Shown: positions 41,749 through 51,659 of the stretch, one piece after another
Position numbering within the stretch: the stretch's first letter is position 1
Layout: every line of letters begins with the position of its first letter
Virus record (IMG/VR): IMGVR_UViG_3300009370_000001
Source: a virus
Taxonomy: Duplodnaviria > Caudoviricetes
Length of the DNA stretch: 64,000 nucleotides
Reading direction: 5' to 3' (one strand)
Notes under the pieces: generated by a model
Told to the model about the DNA's origin: nothing
The model's database searches: none
Seen by the model: only the letters and a program-made list of their open reading frames with translations
Translations under genes and position numbers: made by a program

Positions 41749-42276
41749 ATGCCTAAAATGATACAAATTAGTTCTTTGATGCGAAACAAGATAGTTATCA
41801 AAGGTCGACCCCTGAGAAAGAGTAGCGCGATATCGAACACTAAAATTGAAATGGCAAATGATATTTTTGTCAATACTGGTGCCCTGGTCCCAGGAGCAGC
41901 AGAGAATGCGAACGTAGCGAAGATGTCTCAAAATGTTTTAGCAGTTATCGGATGTAGTATTGATTCCACCACCGACAGAGATTTTTCTCTGTTAACTCAA
42001 CAAACTGATACCGAAGTCATTCAAAACCCTAATATTATTGATGAGACCAAATGGGCCGAATTAAAAAATGAAAAGATCACGGCGCTAGATAAGTTTCCAA
42101 GTGTAGATGATAACTTCTTTAAACCTGATTATCCTATTTCTATAACTGCCAAAGACCAATGGCTGTCTCCGCCTCAAGCGAAAGAAGTAATAAAAAATTC
42201 TAGTGAGGTTGTTAAAGACATTTTAAGGATCAACTTGAAGACTCCTTATAAAAGAACATTACCCCAATTTAAGTAA
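41749..42276 (+). CDS. Hypothetical protein (175 aa)
   Basis: AAGGAG Shine-Dalgarno upstream; intact ORF. Confidence 0.65.
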   Translation: MPKMIQISSLMRNKIVIKGRPLRKSSAISNTKIEMANDIFVNTGALVPGAAENANVAKMSQNVLAVIGCSIDSTTDRDFSLLTQQTDTEVIQNPNIIDETKWAELKNEKITALDKFPSVDDNFFKPDYPISITAKDQWLSPPQAKEVIKNSSEVVKDILRINLKTPYKRTLPQFK

Positions 42277-42291
42277 AAAGGATGGTGTATA

Positions 42292-42921
42292 TTGCCAGCA
42301 AAATTTGAGTATATAAAAGGCGGCGCCATAGCTGAAATACCGTGGTTTCCCGCTGATCCTTTGCTGCTAAATAATTGGAAAGCAGAGGCTATTGATTTAA
42401 TTGAAAACAGTTCGTATGATTTTTGGGTCTGCGGCGGCGCCCTGGAGAAGTGGTTTTCTTGGGATGTTGATGTGGTGTTAACGGGGGAACTGCAAGATTT
42501 AGCCGAACTCAAAGATCTTTTAGATAATATAACACAATTAGGCTTTAATCATCGGCAATTGGTGGATCTATATTGGTGTGATGATTATAGAAAGCCTTTC
42601 GAGTCTGGACCATGCAAACACCTACAGCTTGCATGTGATGCGTATGCCGAAACTGGAAGGTGTACTCTTGAAGAATGTCTAATACAAAAAAGTATAGAAG
42701 TTATCCTCCCTACTGCAGCTATTATAAAAAATGGACGGCAAGTGTGGAGCGCCCCCGCCAATTCCATCGATGTAGGGCATTCATTGTGCAAATATCAAGC
42801 GCGCTCTCCGTCTGTCAAACAGATAAAAAGAATTGAAAGTGGAACTATTTATAAAGGCACCCCCCGTCGTATTACGCGAGATTTAGATTTTAGAGATATA
42901 ATCTACTGGTCACACCAGTAA
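42292..42921 (+). CDS. Putative nucleotidyltransferase (Pol-beta superfamily fold)
   Basis: WVCGGALEKWFSWDVDVVL fits hG[GS]...DhDh, and a candidate third Asp lies in LVDLY; TTG start preceded by AAGGA. Confidence 0.5.
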   Translation: MPAKFEYIKGGAIAEIPWFPADPLLLNNWKAEAIDLIENSSYDFWVCGGALEKWFSWDVDVVLTGELQDLAELKDLLDNITQLGFNHRQLVDLYWCDDYRKPFESGPCKHLQLACDAYAETGRCTLEECLIQKSIEVILPTAAIIKNGRQVWSAPANSIDVGHSLCKYQARSPSVKQIKRIESGTIYKGTPRRITRDLDFRDIIYWSHQ

Positions 42922-42942
42922 GCAAGGAAACCCCCCCCCAAC

Positions 42943-44157
42943 ATGACAAAACAATGGTACCAGCAGCCTGCTAATAATAACGGGTGTACTTCTCCAAAAG
43001 TGCCGTGCACAACTTCGGGGTGCAGCGGGTGCTGCTTTCCCCAACAGAACACCAATGGAAAGTGTAGTGATGGCTCTACTCCTCTCCAGCACGGTACCAA
43101 TGGTAATAGTGGCAAAACCGCGATGTCTGGCTGGTGCAATTCGCAGGGTTTAGTTGATTGCAATACTCAGGGATGTACCACTAAATGCTGTACTAACTTA
43201 CAGAATACCCAAGGTAAATGTGGTGATGGTTCCTATCCTCCACAAGCAAGCGCTGCCACCGAGCCTAGTCCGGAACGAGATTTGTATGGCGGATATCCCG
43301 ACATCGATCTTTATAACCAGACTCCCACTGCATATGGCACTCTTTATTTGCTAAAAGATTTCGGAGGAAATTTGGGGGCCGGCAGCTTTGATATTGATTG
43401 GATGACAACAGATTTATACAGTTATACTACTGTGAAAGCTCCCCTTGAACAAGGCGCCCCTTCCGCAAGCCCAAGCGCAGTTCCCTCGGTTTTTGCCTCT
43501 TTGGCAGGAGTGGGAGAGTTTCGCGGCGCCGAAGTGGCCACAAGCCAAGTGTTGAATGATTATCTGGAGGCGGATCCGCATATACATCCTGGTTTAATAA
43601 TAGGCGCGAGCTTGGCATACACCCCGGGCGCGTCAAATGCAGGGTGGGAAGATAACGGGTTAGATGAGACTGGCGTCCTGTATGGGATAATTTTTCTTGG
43701 CGACAACGCGAGCCCCGCCGGAAATCTGGAAGAATGGCCTGAGCCTTTCGATTGGGATGAGTATAACGCTTATATAAATGCGCGCGGATACAGCCCATGG
43801 GCGGTGTATGTGACGTCCGGCGGCCAATATGAGTACCTGGAGGCTCCTTATTTATTCTATGATAGGACACTAGAGCTACCCTACTTATCCTATAAATTTG
43901 GCTATGGCGATCCACAGGATCCACAAAATACCTATGACACGTCAGGCATGGCCTCATATATCAAGGCCTTGACAGACTGGACAATCGAAACGCTTGCTGG
44001 ACAAATTGTAGCAGATGAAATTCCCAATCAAATTATCAATAATGTTATTGATTATGGCTCCATCAAAGCAAGTCAGTTGAGTAGCTTCGAGACTACCGAG
44101 GCTCTGCAAAGCGGCATTGAATCAACCACTTACACACAGGATTCTGAGGGCACCTAA
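42943..44157 (+). CDS. Putative virion protein with a tandem Cys-rich N-terminal repeat
   Basis: Two 6-Cys repeats in the first ~100 aa; coupled to the next gene by TAATG. Confidence 0.55.
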   Translation: MTKQWYQQPANNNGCTSPKVPCTTSGCSGCCFPQQNTNGKCSDGSTPLQHGTNGNSGKTAMSGWCNSQGLVDCNTQGCTTKCCTNLQNTQGKCGDGSYPPQASAATEPSPERDLYGGYPDIDLYNQTPTAYGTLYLLKDFGGNLGAGSFDIDWMTTDLYSYTTVKAPLEQGAPSASPSAVPSVFASLAGVGEFRGAEVATSQVLNDYLEADPHIHPGLIIGASLAYTPGASNAGWEDNGLDETGVLYGIIFLGDNASPAGNLEEWPEPFDWDEYNAYINARGYSPWAVYVTSGGQYEYLEAPYLFYDRTLELPYLSYKFGYGDPQDPQNTYDTSGMASYIKALTDWTIETLAGQIVADEIPNQIINNVIDYGSIKASQLSSFETTEALQSGIESTTYTQDSEGT

Positions 44158-46967
44158 TGCCTATTTTTACAAAAGAAATCGAGCTTATTGATGCTAATGC
44201 CTTCTCGGGTTCTATGGAATCCCTCCGCAATGAATTAGGAATTTATTGGGAAACGGAGACAACTCCAAACGGCACCGTTGTTACTACTTTTAAAAGGGGA
44301 CTAGAGGGTTCTATTGACTATACGCTAGACCAGAATAGTCAGATTTCATATAAGATCCTGGCTCTCGGGGGGATCACCTCACACTCAGAACGATTGCGCT
44401 ATGTAGAATTACAACCCGCATTTCAGGTAACAGCTTCCACTGACAAAATTGTTCCTAATTTTAAAATTCCTGGTCGATTCTATGGCAATGAAGCTAAAAT
44501 TCGAAGCGATAGTGAGTGGAAGGCTTATCTTTTAGGTGGCACTTATGGAGAAAAAACTTATCCTGGAATATATTCTACGGAGGTGTTTGACGATTATGGC
44601 ACCTCTTATGGGCTGCCTTATGGCTTGGCCGAATTTAATTCCTTATATGGGCTAACTGGTGGCGGCTATCGGTCATCTTCCATTGTTTATCATTATAATC
44701 AACATTTGCCCAAATTTGAGTCATGGGCTGCAACTACCAGCACAATCTTGCTACCTAATATAGCCCAAATGGGGCTGTTGAGCGAAACAAGCGCCAGTAT
44801 TTTTCCTATAAGCGAAGTTGTTACGCGCGATGGAGAATATCCGGAGAGCTTAGAGACAATCTTACAAACGTCACTGACCGGTGTGCTACCGCACACTTAT
44901 TATACTGTTGATCTGTCCGAGCCTAACAAGTATGTCGATGTGACGAAAAACTTGCGAGACTATTTGGAGGCACTTCCCTTATATCCTTTGAGTGATAAAA
45001 CTGTCAGTACTATAAGTATTGGAAGCAACAACCTGCTTTATAACAAAGATTCAAGCAATCTGATTTTTGATGATATAGCCGGCGGAGACGCAAGGACTAT
45101 TTTAGGGAATTACCCTATGTATACCTCTATAGATTTTTATAGACCTGATGATGAAGGCACCTCTTTTCGAGATATCTTTAATGAAACCGATTTTTCTTCC
45201 GAATTATTAAGCCTGTTAGCTGCTGTGTTTGAGAGAAACAGTACTGAAAAAACTTATGTAACGAAAGTCAAGCAAGACACCATATCGAACAAAGAGCTTA
45301 ATGAAACAGAAACGGTGAGTTCGACCGGCATCCGGGTTTTGGATGCAGTGGATGCTTTGACTAGCGGCTATACTTTAATGGGGGATCTTGCACCACTAAA
45401 TGTCAGAAGCCTTCTTGTACCAGGGTTGGCTGCTGCAGAAGCCGGCGGAGACCAATTTGCCGAGGGCGCCCTTAGTTTGGATCCCTTATCAAATAGTACG
45501 CGTTTTTTAAATTCTTACACCACCCTTACCACACTGACGCGGTTATTGTCATTGCTCGATAGTGACTATGCAACTGGAGACATCGCTGCAGATTTAAACC
45601 ATTTCGAGAGTAACATACCAGGCAAAAATGGAATGTACACACTTCTACAAAAAGCCGGTACCCCCAATTATAAAGAGACAATAGCCTATAGACTTGAAAA
45701 GACAGATGCTCTCGGCAATGTTCAAAATGTGTGGTTCTACAATGAGTCCCCCAATAGCTCCCGTGACACCGGAGAGGGATTGTTCCAATATTGGGACTCA
45801 CAAGTAAAGTATGGAGAGACTTATACATATAATATTTATGCGTATGTGATGATCACAGGAATGAAATACCGAATGGCAGACTTGCGAATTGGAAAGAACA
45901 TCGGCACCGGTAGCATAGTAAACAGCTCTGCGGATAAGTTTTGCGTCCAATTTCAAGACCCCACCACAGGAGAGATAGCAGAACAGCTTTTTGCTAGCAG
46001 TGATAGCAAATGGAGTGACTATAGTGGTGTACAATACCATGGCGTGTATAATGAACTGGCTACCGATAATACTTTCTCTACTAATGCTGAAGCCTTGTCG
46101 ACATATCCTTATTTGGCCGACTTTAATCTTTATTATGAGCCTACACTTCAAATCTTACAAATCCCCGTCACCTCTAATACTGTGACGATTTTAGACAACC
46201 CAGCGCCGGGTTTGGATGTTGTGCCTTTCCAGGTGATCGACAATTCACAAAAGATCGGATTCTATATTCAAGCCGAAGTTTATCAGCCTGCGGACACTTT
46301 TCCTACTATTATTCAAACATCAGATGAGACATACAAGACTAACTATTTGGCATCTACTGGGTTGTCGGAGAGCGATGAAATTGGAAGGCCTCCAGTTTCA
46401 GATCAGGCTTTTATTCAAATATTTCGAAGAGATACAAAACCAGCTACTTATAAAGATTTCAACAACCATCTTTATAAGACAATCTCTTTAAAAATTCGCG
46501 GTGACGTTTCTACCGACATGTCGTATTACCAACCCAGTAAAGCATTTCACGATACAATAGAGACTAATAAAAAATATTATTATGTGATGCGGTTATTGAA
46601 CGCGCATCAAGAGCCCGGATCTCCTTCGGCTATAATTGAGGCTGAATTGGTGGATGATGGTGGCTATAAATATGCGCTCTTTAAAGAGTTGTTTGAAGAA
46701 GATCTTGCAGACGAAGTTTTTGTCAATCCTTCGATTAAATTTAAAAAGCTTTTTCAAATTATTCCAAATTTTCAACAACTCGCTTTGGATACCAGTAATG
46801 TAGATTTCACTCAGACTGCGGAAAGTCAAATCAGCGCACTATCCGTAGGGGCCCCGGGGATGGAAGAATCAATTTTCGATCAGAAATTTAAAATTAGATT
46901 GACTTCTAAAAAAACAGGCAAGAAAATTGATTTAAATTTAACCTTTAATTTAACGGAAGAAGTATAA
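44157..46967 (+). CDS. Large putative virion protein with FN3/Ig-like motifs (936 aa)
   Basis: DSQVKYGETYTYNIYAY and DTIETNKKYYYVMR resemble FN3 tyrosine-corner motifs. Confidence 0.5.
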   Translation: MPIFTKEIELIDANAFSGSMESLRNELGIYWETETTPNGTVVTTFKRGLEGSIDYTLDQNSQISYKILALGGITSHSERLRYVELQPAFQVTASTDKIVPNFKIPGRFYGNEAKIRSDSEWKAYLLGGTYGEKTYPGIYSTEVFDDYGTSYGLPYGLAEFNSLYGLTGGGYRSSSIVYHYNQHLPKFESWAATTSTILLPNIAQMGLLSETSASIFPISEVVTRDGEYPESLETILQTSLTGVLPHTYYTVDLSEPNKYVDVTKNLRDYLEALPLYPLSDKTVSTISIGSNNLLYNKDSSNLIFDDIAGGDARTILGNYPMYTSIDFYRPDDEGTSFRDIFNETDFSSELLSLLAAVFERNSTEKTYVTKVKQDTISNKELNETETVSSTGIRVLDAVDALTSGYTLMGDLAPLNVRSLLVPGLAAAEAGGDQFAEGALSLDPLSNSTRFLNSYTTLTTLTRLLSLLDSDYATGDIAADLNHFESNIPGKNGMYTLLQKAGTPNYKETIAYRLEKTDALGNVQNVWFYNESPNSSRDTGEGLFQYWDSQVKYGETYTYNIYAYVMITGMKYRMADLRIGKNIGTGSIVNSSADKFCVQFQDPTTGEIAEQLFASSDSKWSDYSGVQYHGVYNELATDNTFSTNAEALSTYPYLADFNLYYEPTLQILQIPVTSNTVTILDNPAPGLDVVPFQVIDNSQKIGFYIQAEVYQPADTFPTIIQTSDETYKTNYLASTGLSESDEIGRPPVSDQAFIQIFRRDTKPATYKDFNNHLYKTISLKIRGDVSTDMSYYQPSKAFHDTIETNKKYYYVMRLLNAHQEPGSPSAIIEAELVDDGGYKYALFKELFEEDLADEVFVNPSIKFKKLFQIIPNFQQLALDTSNVDFTQTAESQISALSVGAPGMEESIFDQKFKIRLTSKKTGKKIDLNLTFNLTEEV

Positions 46968-46985
46968 TTACTCACGAGAACCAAT

Positions 46986-48059
46986 ATGTCATTCTTAGAT
47001 AATGCCGGCACTATCATACTCGACGCAATCCTTACAGATGTGGGTCGCCAACGATTGGCTCAAGGAAACTTCCAAGTCACCAAGTTCTCATTAGGTGATG
47101 ATGAGATTGATTATAAGCTATACATAGCGCCTATTGCTAATAATGATCCTCCGGCTTGGACCTCCTTTAGCGATCCGGCTGGATATCTTATTCTTTCGCA
47201 ATCTTGTTTTGAAGCGCTTAATAACACAAGCGCCACTATAAACTACGGACTTACTTCCTTTGAAAGAAATGATCTTCTTTATTTGCCTGAATTAAAAATT
47301 AATTATTCTGGCTCTGCTAGTACAAAGGGTAACACAGGACAGCCTCATGAACACCCGGGTATAGCGCGCCCAGTTAGTGGATCGGTTTTTTATTTGGCAG
47401 TTAATGGTGAAACTAGCAAAAAATTGAAATCTGCGCTTGGAAGTACTAATTATATATTAGAGAGCTTAGGATATAATAAAACAAAAATCGTAATTGAATC
47501 CGGAATCACCACTGACCAACTGGCCGGCAATTTAGAAAATTCGCGAGCATTCATTGTACAGCCGGCTGTGTTAGACACTTATTACTATGTTCATGTAGAC
47601 AGTCGTTTTTTTGTCAACATTATAGGCTCCGGCGCCGATGCAGTTTTTAAGAACAGAACCAATGGTGAATTAGAGATGAATTTTAAAACTTTTAAGCCAC
47701 ATACGAGAATATCGATAACTAGCCCGCTCGATAAATTTGATTCTTATATGGTAGCAGCGGGACCAAATAGAGTTTATAGTACCAACAATACGGGACCATT
47801 GACGGATCGTTCTATTTCTGCTATTGCTGGACCTCGCGGAACTGTTATGGCTTTGGGGCTCACTATCGTAAATGAGATAGGCGGTAGTTCCGGAACCACA
47901 CGAAATCAAAAATATACTATTTTTGGAAAAAATGATCAAATATTATTTGGTGGAAGTGATAAATACGATTATATAGATACGACTATTTATGTTAAAGGCG
48001 CAACAACCGGCGCCCAAGTTCAAATTCCTTTGAGAATAATACGCTATGCTGGCACATAA
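46986..48059 (+). CDS. Tail structural protein, paralog of 48124
   Basis: Near-identical N-terminus and shared C-terminus (QIPLRIIRY vs QVPLRLIRY) with the next gene. Confidence 0.6.
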   Translation: MSFLDNAGTIILDAILTDVGRQRLAQGNFQVTKFSLGDDEIDYKLYIAPIANNDPPAWTSFSDPAGYLILSQSCFEALNNTSATINYGLTSFERNDLLYLPELKINYSGSASTKGNTGQPHEHPGIARPVSGSVFYLAVNGETSKKLKSALGSTNYILESLGYNKTKIVIESGITTDQLAGNLENSRAFIVQPAVLDTYYYVHVDSRFFVNIIGSGADAVFKNRTNGELEMNFKTFKPHTRISITSPLDKFDSYMVAAGPNRVYSTNNTGPLTDRSISAIAGPRGTVMALGLTIVNEIGGSSGTTRNQKYTIFGKNDQILFGGSDKYDYIDTTIYVKGATTGAQVQIPLRIIRYAGT

Positions 48060-48123
48060 CAAACTAACTATTTATGGTAAAACAAATAAAATACACACTA
48101 TTTATACAAGAGAGGAAAAATAA

Positions 48124-49131
48124 ATGGCTTTTTTAGACAATTCTGGCGACATAATCCTTGACGCAGTATTAACCGACACCGGCCGCCGCAGGCTATCCGA
48201 AGGGAACTTTCAAATTCGAAAGTTTGCGCTTGGAGACGACGAGATACAATACAACCTTTTTGACAAAAACAACCCGTCAGGCTCAGCATACTACGATTTA
48301 GAGATCTTACAGACACCCGTAGAAGTCGCCCACACTAAAGCTTCTGAAATTCAATATGGACTTCTCACTTTAACTAACAACAATTTGTTATACATGCCCT
48401 CTTTGGCCTTAAACGAGCTAACAACCCAGTCCGTATTAAAATACCAAAAAGTCCTATATGTTGCAGTAAATGTTGAAACAAGAAACAAAATAGTAAACTC
48501 CTCTAATGTCGATGAAAAATATGTATTAATGTCCAACATCCGGAATCCTACTCGCGCTGTAGTGGTTGAATCCGGAATCAACACAACAGACCTTAAAGGC
48601 ACCCCTGCTAACCGCACGGCCTACTTGCAGAGTACGAACCTCATAGACTCAAGTTTTACGGTATCGGTAGATTCTCGATTTATTAATGGAGTGTGGGGGA
48701 CCGGGCCAGCTTCCACTTTTTCTAATAATACCGATGGCGCCCCTAATGTGGCGTTTGGACCTCTTGTGAACGCGCGCGGTCCAGGCACCTCTAGAGGACT
48801 CGTCAACTTTCAAACTTATGCCGCTAATACAGTAGATGATTTGGTGTCTTACTATGCTTCTCAAGGAGCGAACTTGGACACCCTTATTTCGGCTATCTCG
48901 GGTCCACGAGGAACCGCAGCCAAATTAAACTTTAATGTACCTGATGATTTGCGAGAATTAGCAGGGGGAACTAGAGCTACCGAGTGGACTAAATACGGAC
49001 AAGTGGCGCAAAATGTATTTAGTACTGGTCAGCTATATGATATTATTGACACTTTCACCCTAATAGCCGGCTCAAATACAAATGCTTCAATCCAAGTACC
49101 CTTAAGACTTATCCGGTACGTAAGTGGCTAA
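48124..49131 (+). CDS. Tail structural protein, paralog of 46986
   Basis: MAFLDNSGDIILDAVLTDTGRRRLSEGNFQIRKFALGDDEI; AGAGG Shine-Dalgarno. Confidence 0.6.
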   Translation: MAFLDNSGDIILDAVLTDTGRRRLSEGNFQIRKFALGDDEIQYNLFDKNNPSGSAYYDLEILQTPVEVAHTKASEIQYGLLTLTNNNLLYMPSLALNELTTQSVLKYQKVLYVAVNVETRNKIVNSSNVDEKYVLMSNIRNPTRAVVVESGINTTDLKGTPANRTAYLQSTNLIDSSFTVSVDSRFINGVWGTGPASTFSNNTDGAPNVAFGPLVNARGPGTSRGLVNFQTYAANTVDDLVSYYASQGANLDTLISAISGPRGTAAKLNFNVPDDLRELAGGTRATEWTKYGQVAQNVFSTGQLYDIIDTFTLIAGSNTNASIQVPLRLIRYVSG

Positions 49132-49147
49132 ATCACGGAGATATTAA

Positions 49148-50230
49148 ATGCCCCAAAATTATCAATTATTAAACCCCAACACAGATCGCACGACTACCAA
49201 GACGTTGTTGCATGAGGCGATCCCCGTCACAGGCGCTATTTTAAGTGCCACCTACGGAACTTATCCAAACGAGGGTAATATCAAGAACTATACTCATGGA
49301 ATGTTTCAATCGGTATATGATTATCCTTATTTAAGTTCTTCAGCAAATCACATCTTTGATATTACAATGGGATACGACGAAAGCTCTGTCTTATCGCAGT
49401 CTTCACACACGGCGGTGATGATGCAAAAGAAGAAAATTAACATTTATAATCAGATGTCGCAGGTATTGTTGGGATATACCGGCTCAAATAACGAAGTTGA
49501 AATTTTTGAAAGTGATTTAGACTATGGTGACAATGATCGCCAGATGAGAGAATGCTTTTTCGTTAATTTCTCTCGGCTTCTTAGTAAAGATCAAATTAAA
49601 CCGGGCACCTTCTCTATCACCCTTGGTTCTGGCTCATGGGCTGCTCCATATAGTGTCGGCGGCGGTGGGCGCCTCACCTTGACTGATAGATCGGCTTCCC
49701 TGACACAAGGAACCAAGAATACTCCCGGTGGAACTTATGGAGTTCTTTATTCGGGTAGTAATGCTGATTCGCGCTGCGGATTAGTGTTTTATGAAGCAGC
49801 AATTGTAGTCCTCTCGGCTTCGTGTTGGATGTCCGGCGCTACAGAGACCTCGCGCGCAGACTTTTACAATCTGGACTACACCGAGCGTTCTACTACAGGC
49901 TCCATGATCTCTTCATCGATTTCCGGAAACTGTGATGCCCTCCGACATAGAATTTATGACCTCTCTTATAACAACACAACCGAGATCAATTCTACCATTT
50001 ATTTCTGTAGGGCTCCTCATAATAGTTTCAACTATAGTTCGAACCCGACCTACACGACAAGCGGCAAGATTAATGTGAAAAACGTCGCCTCTGATCCGCC
50101 GGTGTCTTATATTACTACTGTTGGGCTTTATAATGCACAGAATGAACTCCTCGCTGTGGCCAAGTTATCGGAACCGCTCAAGAAGGATCCTTCAAACGAG
50201 ATTACGCTGCGAGTAAGATTGGACTACTAA
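49148..50230 (+). CDS. Tail/baseplate structural protein sharing a C-terminal domain with 50232
   Basis: C-terminal FNYSSNPTY...YITTVGLYNAQNELLAVAKLSEPLKK...LRVRLDY. Confidence 0.55.
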   Translation: MPQNYQLLNPNTDRTTTKTLLHEAIPVTGAILSATYGTYPNEGNIKNYTHGMFQSVYDYPYLSSSANHIFDITMGYDESSVLSQSSHTAVMMQKKKINIYNQMSQVLLGYTGSNNEVEIFESDLDYGDNDRQMRECFFVNFSRLLSKDQIKPGTFSITLGSGSWAAPYSVGGGGRLTLTDRSASLTQGTKNTPGGTYGVLYSGSNADSRCGLVFYEAAIVVLSASCWMSGATETSRADFYNLDYTERSTTGSMISSSISGNCDALRHRIYDLSYNNTTEINSTIYFCRAPHNSFNYSSNPTYTTSGKINVKNVASDPPVSYITTVGLYNAQNELLAVAKLSEPLKKDPSNEITLRVRLDY

Positions 50231-50231
50231 A

Positions 50232-51659
50232 ATGTCCTTCAAGAAGTTTGGACAAAATGATATCCTTATAAATACAATGATGGCAGAGCCTCATTGTGAA
50301 TTCTTCATTTATGATGGGGATATCTTTTATAACAATACACCGAGCAAAGCCGGCACTTCTACTGCAGGCGGCGGCGGTTCTGCTGTGTCTGAAGTTCGTA
50401 TGGTATCCCCCGGCAGTATTAGCTTGTATGAGTACAATATTGATCGACCAGATACAAGCGGGGATGATAAGATTATCGGTGAGGCCGGCCCTCACTCTAG
50501 AGGAGGCGGCTCTTATACCCAGGCTGTCGCCGATCTTGGACCAGAACCCCAGACATTTGTTCAATATACTGGACGCATCTATCCTTGGATTTCCAAAGAC
50601 AGCGCCGGCGCAAGCTGGAAAACAGTTAATGCTACCGGTTATGCTACCGAATATATGTATGGTGATGTTCTAACCGGAACCTATCCTCTCTCCGCCTCAA
50701 TAGTGCGCAAATATATAGTCGGCGGTTCTACAGGTCCCACTTTTGGCGCGGTGGGGGAGACGTCTGGCTCCGGCGCCGACGAGGTATCCATCGAGGGCAA
50801 GTTAACAGCATTAGGAGATGGTCCTTCTGGTTCTCTCGATAGGCACTTCTATAGTTTAAAAGGTCGTTTAAATTTTTATGGCATTCGAAGTGCGCACTAT
50901 AAAGTTTCTGCTTCTCTAGGATCGGACTCGTGGAACAAAAATGAACAGACCTTAAATTTAATCGCCATTCCATCAATAGCCTTTGGCTCTCAAATCAAGC
51001 CCGGAACGGTCTCTTTAAAATGGTATTATGACGGCGGCCTGATTGGAGAACTTCAAGACCGTCGACAAAACGGAGAATTAATTCAAGTTTCCGCTTCCAC
51101 AGGGTATACAGCTAATAATAATAAAGTTGCAGGAGTTATTATGTACGATGAGGGATACATTGTCTTAACTGGCTCGTGGGCTTTAAATGCGGCTGCTATC
51201 CCATTACAGACGGCCGTGAATTCCTCTCCCACATGGCTTTATTTTGGTGTCGGTGCGAATGATGGACTTAATCAAAGTAACACTGGGACTAATTTTGCAA
51301 AAGCTTCTTTTAGCTTATCTTTCAAGGGGCAGACGAAAACACAAGTAATGACACTGTTTACGCATGCTAAGCGTGGAGAAGCCAATTTCTCTAATAACCC
51401 CACATATTTAAAGTATGGACAAGACAAACTACAATATACCTCTTCACAAGTTTATGAAGAAAATCCTGATCAATTCCTTGCCAACACCGTCAGTTCGAGT
51501 TATAATGATTATGAGGCTCCGTTTAAACGGAGTGTGTATATTTCCAAAGTGGCAGTCTATGATGAGAATAAGAATATGATCGGCGTTGCAACGTTAGCAA
51601 ATCCAGTTCTCAAAGAAGAAGATCGAGACTACTCCTTTAAATTAAAATTGGATATTTAA
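50232..51659 (+). CDS. Tail/baseplate structural protein sharing a C-terminal domain with 49148
   Basis: C-terminal ANFSNNPTY...YISKVAVYDENKNMIGVATLANPVLK...FKLKLDI. Confidence 0.55.
   Translation: MSFKKFGQNDILINTMMAEPHCEFFIYDGDIFYNNTPSKAGTSTAGGGGSAVSEVRMVSPGSISLYEYNIDRPDTSGDDKIIGEAGPHSRGGGSYTQAVADLGPEPQTFVQYTGRIYPWISKDSAGASWKTVNATGYATEYMYGDVLTGTYPLSASIVRKYIVGGSTGPTFGAVGETSGSGADEVSIEGKLTALGDGPSGSLDRHFYSLKGRLNFYGIRSAHYKVSASLGSDSWNKNEQTLNLIAIPSIAFGSQIKPGTVSLKWYYDGGLIGELQDRRQNGELIQVSASTGYTANNNKVAGVIMYDEGYIVLTGSWALNAAAIPLQTAVNSSPTWLYFGVGANDGLNQSNTGTNFAKASFSLSFKGQTKTQVMTLFTHAKRGEANFSNNPTYLKYGQDKLQYTSSQVYEENPDQFLANTVSSSYNDYEAPFKRSVYISKVAVYDENKNMIGVATLANPVLKEEDRDYSFKLKLDI

Noticed and set aside
26012-47990. 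ACTATTTAT copies at 26012 and 47982 as promoters
   Set aside because: They lie inside coding sequence (Thr-Ile-Tyr codons) and far from a start codon, so chance occurrence is plausible.
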